The notes below the pieces were generated by a model. It made no database searches, was not told the DNA's origin, and saw only the letters and a program-made list of their open reading frames with translations. A program made the translations under genes and the position numbers. From contig CALXPZ010000006.1 of assembly GCA_944390375.1 (NCBI GenBank), forward strand, positions 1,587 to 65,586: a stretch of 64,000 nt of DNA, read 5' to 3'. This document shows, in pieces, positions 57,774 to 64,000 of the stretch. How positions within the stretch are numbered: position 1 is the first letter of the stretch; each line of letters starts with the position of its first letter. The DNA comes from an uncultured Alphaproteobacteria bacterium (lineage in GTDB: Bacteria > Pseudomonadota > Alphaproteobacteria > RF32 > CAG-239).

Positions 57774-59249
57774 ATGACAAAAAAAAACAAACCTTCTGTA
57801 ACAGAAACATCGACCGCCACCGGTAACGGCCTCGGTGTTTTGGCCTTGGCCGCAATCGTTGTCAGCTCCATGATCGGCGGCGGTATCTATTCCCTGCCGC
57901 AAAACATGGCCGCCGGCGCCTCGGCGGGAGCCGTTCTGCTTTCCTGGGTTATTACCGGTTTCGGTGTTTATTTTATTGCCAACACCTTCCGCGTCCTTTC
58001 GGTTGCCATGCCGGATCTGACCGCCGGCATTTATATGTACAGTCGAGAAGGTTTCGGCCCCTATGTCGGCTTTACCATCGGCTGGTCATACTGGCTTTGC
58101 CAGATCTGCGGCAATGTCGGCTACGCCGTTATCACCATGGATGCGCTCAACTACTTTTTCCCGTCTCACTTTGCAGGCGGCAACAACCTTGCCTCCGTCA
58201 TCGGCGGATCAATTTTGATCTGGGGCTTCAACTTTCTGATTTTGCGCGGCATCAAACAGGCCACTCTCGTCAACACCATCGGCACCGTTGCCAAAATCGT
58301 GCCGCTGATACTGTTTATCATCATTCTGATCTTTGTTTTCCACATGGACAGATTCGATTTTAACTTCTGGGGAGAAAAGACAAAATCACTCGGCGGGCTC
58401 GAACAACAGATAAAAAGCACAATGCTGGTTACTTTATGGGCTTTTATCGGCATTGAAGGCGCGGTCGTTATGTCCAAGCACGCCAAAAGCCCGCAGACCG
58501 TCGGCAGAGCAACGCTGCTTGGCTTTATCGGTTGTCTGTCCATCTACATTCTGCTCTCATTGTTACCTTTCGGCTACATGGATCAGACCGAACTGGCTGC
58601 CGTTGCCAACCCGTCCACGGCCGGTATTTTGGAAAAAGTGATCGGCAAACCGGGAGCCTGGCTGATGAACATCGGTCTGCTGATTTCTGTTTTATCCAGC
58701 TGGCTTGCCTGGACCATGATCACTGCCCAAATTCCGCAGGCCGCGGCCGAAAACGGAACTTTTCCGAAAGAATTTGCCAAAGAAAACGAATATCAGGCGC
58801 CTTCCGTTTCGCTGTGGATTACAAGCGCCCTGATGCAGGCAATGATTTTGCTTGTTTATTTTTCAAACAACGCATGGAACACCATGCTCAGCATCACCAG
58901 CGTCATGGTTTTGCCGGCATATTTCTCCAGTTGCGCCTACCTATGGAAAATCTGCGAAGACGGAGAATATCCCGCCCACTCCGACATCAAACGCTCTACC
59001 GCGCTTTTCTCGGCAATTATCGGCTCGTTTTACGCCCTTTGGCTGATTTATGCAGCCGGCCTCAACTATCTGCTGATGGCCGTCATCTTTATGGCTGCCG
59101 GTATCCCGGTTTTTATCTGGGCGCGCAAACAATCCGCACCGGACGAAAACGCTTTTACCATCGGCGAAAAGGCTTTTGCCGGGTTGATGATCGTAATCGC
59201 CTTGTGGGCAATTTACGCTTTCTCCCGCGGCATTGTCAGCCTGAACTGA
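57774..59249 (+). CDS. aaxC: APC-family arginine/agmatine (ArcD/AdiC/AaxC-like) antiporter
   Basis: 12-TM amino-acid/polyamine antiporter (GNGLGVLALAAIVVSSMIGGGIYSLPQNMA..., FGPYVGFTIGWSYWL). 491 aa. Immediately downstream of aaxB. Confidence 0.8.
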   Translation: MTKKNKPSVTETSTATGNGLGVLALAAIVVSSMIGGGIYSLPQNMAAGASAGAVLLSWVITGFGVYFIANTFRVLSVAMPDLTAGIYMYSREGFGPYVGFTIGWSYWLCQICGNVGYAVITMDALNYFFPSHFAGGNNLASVIGGSILIWGFNFLILRGIKQATLVNTIGTVAKIVPLILFIIILIFVFHMDRFDFNFWGEKTKSLGGLEQQIKSTMLVTLWAFIGIEGAVVMSKHAKSPQTVGRATLLGFIGCLSIYILLSLLPFGYMDQTELAAVANPSTAGILEKVIGKPGAWLMNIGLLISVLSSWLAWTMITAQIPQAAAENGTFPKEFAKENEYQAPSVSLWITSALMQAMILLVYFSNNAWNTMLSITSVMVLPAYFSSCAYLWKICEDGEYPAHSDIKRSTALFSAIIGSFYALWLIYAAGLNYLLMAVIFMAAGIPVFIWARKQSAPDENAFTIGEKAFAGLMIVIALWAIYAFSRGIVSLN

Positions 59250-59271
59250 CAACACTTTATGATAAACTTTC

Positions 59272-59297
59272 GGGAGCCCTCCGCGGCTCCTTTTTTT
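59272..59297 (+). terminator. rho-independent terminator after aaxC
   Basis: GGGAGCC-CTCCGC-GGCTCC followed by TTTTTTTC. Confidence 0.55.
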
Positions 59298-59397
59298 CAT
59301 TACCTTTCCCTCTTTGCCAGACAACTGGAAACATGACGACCTAAAAAAAGGGAAACGGTCTTAAACCGCTTCCCTCGTAAAAATTTTCCTTAAGTGA

Positions 59398-59892
59398 TCA
59401 ATCGAGCAAACGCTTGAAATCAGAACCGTTTCCCCAGCCCTCCAGCTCAAAATGAGCAACCGCGGCAGAAAAGATATCCTGAAAATAAAATACCTTATTT
59501 TCGGCATTATAGTAGCGTTTATACAGGCGATAACGGCGATAATGGCTTATCCAATACCCAATTCCTTTCGCCCTTAGCTGTTTCATCCTTTCCCGGCAAC
59601 GTTTCAGAAAAGAAATTCTGGTTATAAAGAATCTTCTCATCCGATAATCCGGTTCAAAAACAACCGTTTCCTTCAGCAACACCCAGTCTATGTTCAAATC
59701 GGGATAAGAGGACAGCAAAGGAGGCGTTTCGAACGGATCTGCCGCTCCGCCCAAAGGATCCATGAATGAACGCAGACAAAGAAGCTGCCGGATGCATTCA
59801 GAAAACTTGGAAACAAAGCGCTCTTTGTTCTTTTCTTCCAAAAGGGAGCCGATTTCTTCCAGCTCGCTTAAAAAAAATATACATTGTCTCAT
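59398..59892 (-). CDS. hypothetical protein (164 aa) downstream of and probably co-transcribed with the 807-aa secreted protein
   Basis: ORF 60 bp downstream on the same strand. Basic Tyr/Arg-rich C-terminal half. No family assigned. Confidence 0.35.
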   Translation of the reverse strand: MRQCIFFLSELEEIGSLLEEKNKERFVSKFSECIRQLLCLRSFMDPLGGAADPFETPPLLSSYPDLNIDWVLLKETVVFEPDYRMRRFFITRISFLKRCRERMKQLRAKGIGYWISHYRRYRLYKRYYNAENKVFYFQDIFSAAVAHFELEGWGNGSDFKRLLD

Positions 59893-59951
59893 AATTGATT
59901 AAAAATTTGTTTTACCGGGTTCAGCATACGCCCGTTAGACAAATTTGTCAA

Positions 59952-62375
59952 TCAATTATTATCCGCTTTTTTATCCGCAAGCTCGCCTGCCGTCAGGTTA
60001 ATCCGGAAAAACGTATTATGTCCGTCGTTATTCTCCGGTGCGTTCAATCCTTCCGGCACCAGCAGGACAATACTGCTGCCGCCGGTCAGACCGCCCGGCA
60101 GTTTTGGAAACTGTTTCAGCATAACATAGCTTCGGTAACCGAAAGGCCCTCTTTCCTCATCGCCCAAAAGACAGCTGTATCCGGCGGCCTTGATTTTGTC
60201 CTTGTCGCTTGCAACTATCGGACGGATAAATCCGTCCTTTTCCAGTTGCTGCAATCCGGCATCTGCCGGCGCAATATCGGGTTTTATAAACTCACCGTCA
60301 ATAACCTGCGGATTATATTCATAAAATTTGTCGTCCACTTCTTCGCCGATAACCGGTTTATCAAGCAAACGGATATCTTTTATCCCGAGGTTGAGCGTGC
60401 GCACGGCATCAACGATTTCATCCTTGCCGTAAAACTTTTGCAGGCAGACATCATTTCCCTCATGCAAATAATTTCCGTTGCGAACTTTGGTTTGCACATC
60501 GGGTTTCATGCCTCTTAACATCTGCTCATAATGCCCGCCGACGATAACCGCCTGCAAATCCGTTGCCGGTGTTGTATAAATATCCCAAACAACCGGCTCA
60601 TAAGCGCTTAAGAACAAGACCACGCATTTCCCGGGCTGGTTAATCTTAACCTGGGTATTAAAGGTTTCATTGTCATCGCTCAGATAAACACCCTTCATGG
60701 CCTGCCCTTGTCGGTAAGCGCTGTAAGCATAAACCTCGCAGTCGGGCTTGATGTCTTTCAGTTGGCACAGAACCGGGGCCGCGGTTTCCGTCTCCTTCAG
60801 ATAATTTTGGTTTTTCAGCCAGCTGACGGCATCTTCCATAGTTTCTTTTGCACAAGTTTTGGTGCGGCAATTTCTCAATCGGAGCACGGCATAAGTCTGA
60901 TATGCGTTGATCATATCCGGTTTTTCGTCCCGGTAGCGCTCAAACGTTTCATCCAGCCGGTTTTTTTGTGCCCGCAGGCCGTCATCGGCGCAAATCACTT
61001 TATCAACCACGCCTCTCGGCCGGTCGCAATCCGGCAGCAAAGGCAGGTCGTCTTTTTCTACCGGCAAAATCAGAAACGAATGTGAAAATATATCAACTTT
61101 GGAAGCTTCGCTGCCGCCAAACACGGGATCCAGTTTCATATTGAGCGGCGCTTTCTGGCCACCGCCGATAAATACGAATACGGGCGCGTTGCTTCCGCGG
61201 GGCAATTCCCTGATATCCTCCAGTAAAATATATCCGCCTTTCAACAGCATATCTTCCATCTGAAAGAAATCGCGGTAATCGGAACGCCGCCATACAAATT
61301 TGTTATTATCAAGATTAATGATGCCGTTTTTCTTAAAGCGCTCTATATCCCGTTGCGTCAGACGACGAACCTTGCCGTCGGCAAGCAGCTTTTCCCAGCC
61401 CTCTTCCGCCGGCGGCAATACGGTTACGGCCGACGCTCCTTTTGTATTTTCCGGATAATAACGATAGTCGCCGATCGGCGCATTGTCGCCGATTTTTCCG
61501 CCGAACACATAATTCCGCCGTTCAGCGGCTATTCCCAGTTTATTCAGGAAACTGCTCCCCTGTTTCTGCTCCAGATCCGACGTCGCACGCAGACAGTTTT
61601 CGGCAGTTTTTAACAATTCTCCCCGATGATGCACCTCAACCTTGGCCGTATCGGGATAACCACGCACCAGCTGCGGATAATCGCCGCCGGCATAGATCAT
61701 TCGCAAATCGGTCTGATCCGTCGTCAGGATATCCCAAATCTGCGGATTAGGGGATGACAGAAAAAGATAAACACACTTACCGGGACGGTTGATGCGGACT
61801 TTTTCCTCATAAGTATTACGTTCCGCCGACAGCAAAATATCGGTATTCGTTTTATTTTGAGAAGGTTTGTTATATACGTAAATCTCGCAATTTTCGGAAA
61901 GTTCGGGCAACGAGCATCCCTTTTGGCGGGAAAAGCCCTGCAAACCGGCTAAGGTTTCGCCGTAAACTTCGGCCATACATTTTTCCGAACGGCAGTTCCG
62001 CCCCTTATCCCTGACCCGGCGGATAAAAATATGTTTTTCATCAGCGTCTTTTCTGGCCTCCTCAAGCCGCCGGTTGAGATTTTCCATTTTTTGCGTCAGT
62101 TCTTTGCGTTCTTTTTTTATAACCACGTCATCACCGGTGGCTTTGGCCATTTTTTCTTCCAACAGAGAAAGTTCCCGTCTCAGATTTTCCGGCGGCTGCT
62201 GCAACTCGTTTTCTATTTTTTGGATTTGGTTGTTCTGCGTTTTCAGCGAACTGTTCAGACAAACATAAGCATCATTCAGATATTCCAGATTCGGCTGGTT
62301 GCAGTCAACCGCGGCATATGCGCCGCAACACCATCCGAACCCCGTCAGCAAAGCTAAAATCCGTATATTCTTCAT
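59952..62375 (-). CDS. large secreted protein (807 aa) with an N-terminal coiled-coil and two tandem paralogous modules of about 300 aa
   Basis: Signal peptide MKNIRILALLTGFGWCCGAYAA and a coiled-coil (IQKIENELQQ...EKMAKATGDDVVIKKERKELTQKMENLNRRLEEARKD). Internal duplication: VRINRPGKCVYLFLSSPNPQIWDILTTDQTDLRMIYAGGDYPQLVRG in module 1 versus VKINQPGKCVVLFLSAYEPVVWDIYTTPATDLQAVIVGGHYEQMLRG in module 2. Confidence 0.55.
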   Translation of the reverse strand: MKNIRILALLTGFGWCCGAYAAVDCNQPNLEYLNDAYVCLNSSLKTQNNQIQKIENELQQPPENLRRELSLLEEKMAKATGDDVVIKKERKELTQKMENLNRRLEEARKDADEKHIFIRRVRDKGRNCRSEKCMAEVYGETLAGLQGFSRQKGCSLPELSENCEIYVYNKPSQNKTNTDILLSAERNTYEEKVRINRPGKCVYLFLSSPNPQIWDILTTDQTDLRMIYAGGDYPQLVRGYPDTAKVEVHHRGELLKTAENCLRATSDLEQKQGSSFLNKLGIAAERRNYVFGGKIGDNAPIGDYRYYPENTKGASAVTVLPPAEEGWEKLLADGKVRRLTQRDIERFKKNGIINLDNNKFVWRRSDYRDFFQMEDMLLKGGYILLEDIRELPRGSNAPVFVFIGGGQKAPLNMKLDPVFGGSEASKVDIFSHSFLILPVEKDDLPLLPDCDRPRGVVDKVICADDGLRAQKNRLDETFERYRDEKPDMINAYQTYAVLRLRNCRTKTCAKETMEDAVSWLKNQNYLKETETAAPVLCQLKDIKPDCEVYAYSAYRQGQAMKGVYLSDDNETFNTQVKINQPGKCVVLFLSAYEPVVWDIYTTPATDLQAVIVGGHYEQMLRGMKPDVQTKVRNGNYLHEGNDVCLQKFYGKDEIVDAVRTLNLGIKDIRLLDKPVIGEEVDDKFYEYNPQVIDGEFIKPDIAPADAGLQQLEKDGFIRPIVASDKDKIKAAGYSCLLGDEERGPFGYRSYVMLKQFPKLPGGLTGGSSIVLLVPEGLNAPENNDGHNTFFRINLTAGELADKKADNN

Positions 62376-62520
62376 CGGTAGTCCTCCAACATAATATCTT
62401 AGATTTTAAAACAGTTTTTCATCAAATGCCAACAAAAAAAATTATTTTTCACCACACCGGGAATACTGCTTGCGGTCTTGTCTTTAATTGGTTAAAATTA
62501 CCCGCCGAAAAGGAAAAGAT

Positions 62521-63822
62521 ATGCAGGAAACAATACCGGAATTTACCGTCAGCGAAATTTCGTTCGCCGTCAAACACACTTTGGAAAACACCTTTGCACG
62601 GGTTCGCGTGAGAGGGGAAATCTTCGGCTGCAAGCGCGCCGATTCAGGCCACTATTACCTTTCGCTCAAAGACGAAAACGCCAATCTTGCCGCCGTCTGC
62701 TGGAAAGGCATTGCTGCCGGCCTTGTCTTCAAGCCGGAAGACGGACTGGAAGTTGTCGCCACCGGCCGGATCACCGCTTTTGCCGGCAAGAGCAGCTACC
62801 AGTTGGTTATTGAACGGATGGAAGCCGCCGGCGCCGGTGCTTTGCTCAAATTGCTGGAGGAACGCAAACAAAAGTTTGCCGCCGAAGGCCTGTTTGACCC
62901 GGCGCATAAAAAACAAATTCCTTTTTTACCGCGGGTTATCGGCGTGGTAACCAGCCCATCGGGCGCTGTCATCCGTGATATCATCCACCGCGTTTCCGAC
63001 CGTTTTCCGTCCCGCCTCATCGTCTGGCCGACGCTTGTCCAGGGCGAAGGCGCGGCCGCGCAGATTGCCTCCGCAGTTGAGGGATTCAACCGTCTGCCGG
63101 TCGACGGCGCCGTTCCCCGCCCCGACGTATTGATCGTCGCCCGCGGCGGCGGATCGCTCGAAGACCTGTGGTGCTTTAACGAGGAGATCGTCATCCGCGC
63201 CGTCTACAATTCGGAAATTCCCGTTATTTCGGCAGTCGGGCACGAAACCGACACCATGCTGATAGACTATGTTTCCGACCTGCGCGCCCCCACCCCGACC
63301 GGTGCCGCCGAATTTGCCGTACCCGTCAAAAGCGAATTGGAAGCGCGTCTGCTCACCCTGCAAAGCCGCCTGCTTAACGCCGGCACCCGCTATCTGCAGG
63401 AACGCCGCAGCCTGCTTGACGGCCTCAAACGGGGCATTCCCGACTTAACTCAAATCCTTGCCGATAACATACAAAAGCTTGACGACCGCTCGGAACGGCT
63501 GCGCCTTGCTTTCGGCAATTATCTGCAAAACCGGCAAAATCAGTTGAATTTAAGCGAAATTAAACCTTTTTACATTACCAATATACTGGAAAAAAAGAAC
63601 GAAACTCTGCAAAACCTCGCACTCCGGCTGGAATCCGTTTCCGTTACGGCCGTGCTGAAGCGGGGCTTTGCCTGGATCAAAAACGGAAGGGGACACACCG
63701 TTTGCAACGCGGATACGGCGCGCAAAAACACCAGTCTGGAAATCGTGTTTGCCGACGGCTCTGTTAAAACCCGGCCGATAGTGAGGAAAAATGAATTACA
63801 AGGCGATTTGTTTGACAATTAG
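62521..63822 (+). CDS. xseA: exodeoxyribonuclease VII large subunit (start at MQETIPEF)
   Basis: N-terminal OB fold (LSEISFAVKHTLENTFARVRVRGEI...HYYLSLKDE), catalytic core (VIGVVTSPSGAVIRDIIHRVSDRFP, DVLIVARGGGSLEDLWCFN), and a coiled-coil C-terminus. Confidence 0.85.
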   Translation: MQETIPEFTVSEISFAVKHTLENTFARVRVRGEIFGCKRADSGHYYLSLKDENANLAAVCWKGIAAGLVFKPEDGLEVVATGRITAFAGKSSYQLVIERMEAAGAGALLKLLEERKQKFAAEGLFDPAHKKQIPFLPRVIGVVTSPSGAVIRDIIHRVSDRFPSRLIVWPTLVQGEGAAAQIASAVEGFNRLPVDGAVPRPDVLIVARGGGSLEDLWCFNEEIVIRAVYNSEIPVISAVGHETDTMLIDYVSDLRAPTPTGAAEFAVPVKSELEARLLTLQSRLLNAGTRYLQERRSLLDGLKRGIPDLTQILADNIQKLDDRSERLRLAFGNYLQNRQNQLNLSEIKPFYITNILEKKNETLQNLALRLESVSVTAVLKRGFAWIKNGRGHTVCNADTARKNTSLEIVFADGSVKTRPIVRKNELQGDLFDN

Positions 63823-64000
63823 TCTTTTTGCGGCCGCCCCGGCAGCGGCTCTGGAACTGTGCGGCGAGCTCCGGCAGGGGGAAATCCTCGTCGGCAACGT
63901 CGGCGACAACGCCGAGGCGGTCGTTTTCAACCAAAAAACATACCCCGTAACCGAAGACGGCTATTTCATCCTGGCTCTGCCGCGCGATCAAAAAGCCAAA
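63791..64000 (+). CDS. partial ORF, secreted hypothetical protein (runs off the window edge)
   Basis: ATG at 63791 gives MNYKAICLTISLFAAAPAAALELCGELRQGEILVGNV...: a signal peptide followed by an unassigned domain. Overlaps the xseA stop. Confidence 0.35.
   Translation, partial: MNYKAICLTISLFAAAPAAALELCGELRQGEILVGNVGDNAEAVVFNQKTYPVTEDGYFILALPRDQKAK

Noticed and set aside
57078-57902. 274-aa minus-strand ORF overlapping aaxB
   Set aside because: aaxB on the + strand aligns end to end with known PvlArgDC proteins. The antisense ORF is a shadow.
1-64000. CRISPR arrays
   Set aside because: No regularly spaced short direct repeats with unique spacers were seen anywhere in the window. The only repeats are the 92-bp pair, the 12-bp tandem duplication and protein-coding periodicity in the autotransporter.

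Overview
The window looks like chromosomal DNA from a Gram-negative bacterium, probably an alphaproteobacterium, with a GC content of roughly 48% judged by eye. That placement rests on the yebC-ruvC-ruvA-ruvB-ybgC-tolQ-tolR-tolA gene order and on a small XRE-family regulator of the conserved alpha-proteobacterial type.

The layout, left to right:

- **1-4.9 kb:** a cryptic prophage packaging module on the minus strand (small terminase, large terminase, a small ORF, a GroES-like Cpn10, then the portal), with a divergently transcribed CI/LexA-type repressor.
- **5-15 kb:** a tol cluster that stops after tolA. No tolB or pal follows; two membrane-protein genes and the prophage sit there instead. 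The same block has extra genes inserted between ybgC and tolQ and between ruvC and ruvA.
- **15-24.5 kb:** housekeeping genes (prmA, an aminopeptidase P, a MATE pump, a metallophosphoesterase, a MerR regulator), an orphan PilT-like ATPase, and an acyl-carrier-like ORF split by an in-frame TAG.
- **24.5-39 kb:** an accessory block between tRNA-Thr and tRNA-Gln:
  - an IS200-like element with a frameshifted tnpA;
  - an orphan serine recombinase;
  - a CorC/HlyC-type transporter and a 905-aa repeat-rich autotransporter;
  - a 1408-aa fused 'CoA-substrate-specific enzyme activase' with a TetR gene and a palindromic operator;
  - 92-bp direct repeats flanking an AT-rich small ORF.
- **39-50 kb:** aspS, rnd, sua5 and pepA, a histidine kinase / OmpR-type regulator pair, and a cyclophilin.
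- **51-54.5 kb:** a conserved but uncharacterised triad: a RimK-like ATP-grasp ligase, an inactive transglutaminase fused to a 7TM domain, and a retropepsin-like 'ATP-dependent zinc protease'.
- **55.6-59.3 kb:** a locus resembling the chlamydial aaxABC system: an OprB-like porin, a pyruvoyl-dependent arginine decarboxylase and an arginine/agmatine antiporter.
- **To the end:** an 807-aa secreted protein with an internal duplication, xseA, and a partial secreted ORF.

Every call comes from reading motifs and comparing with remembered family sequences. No database search was possible.
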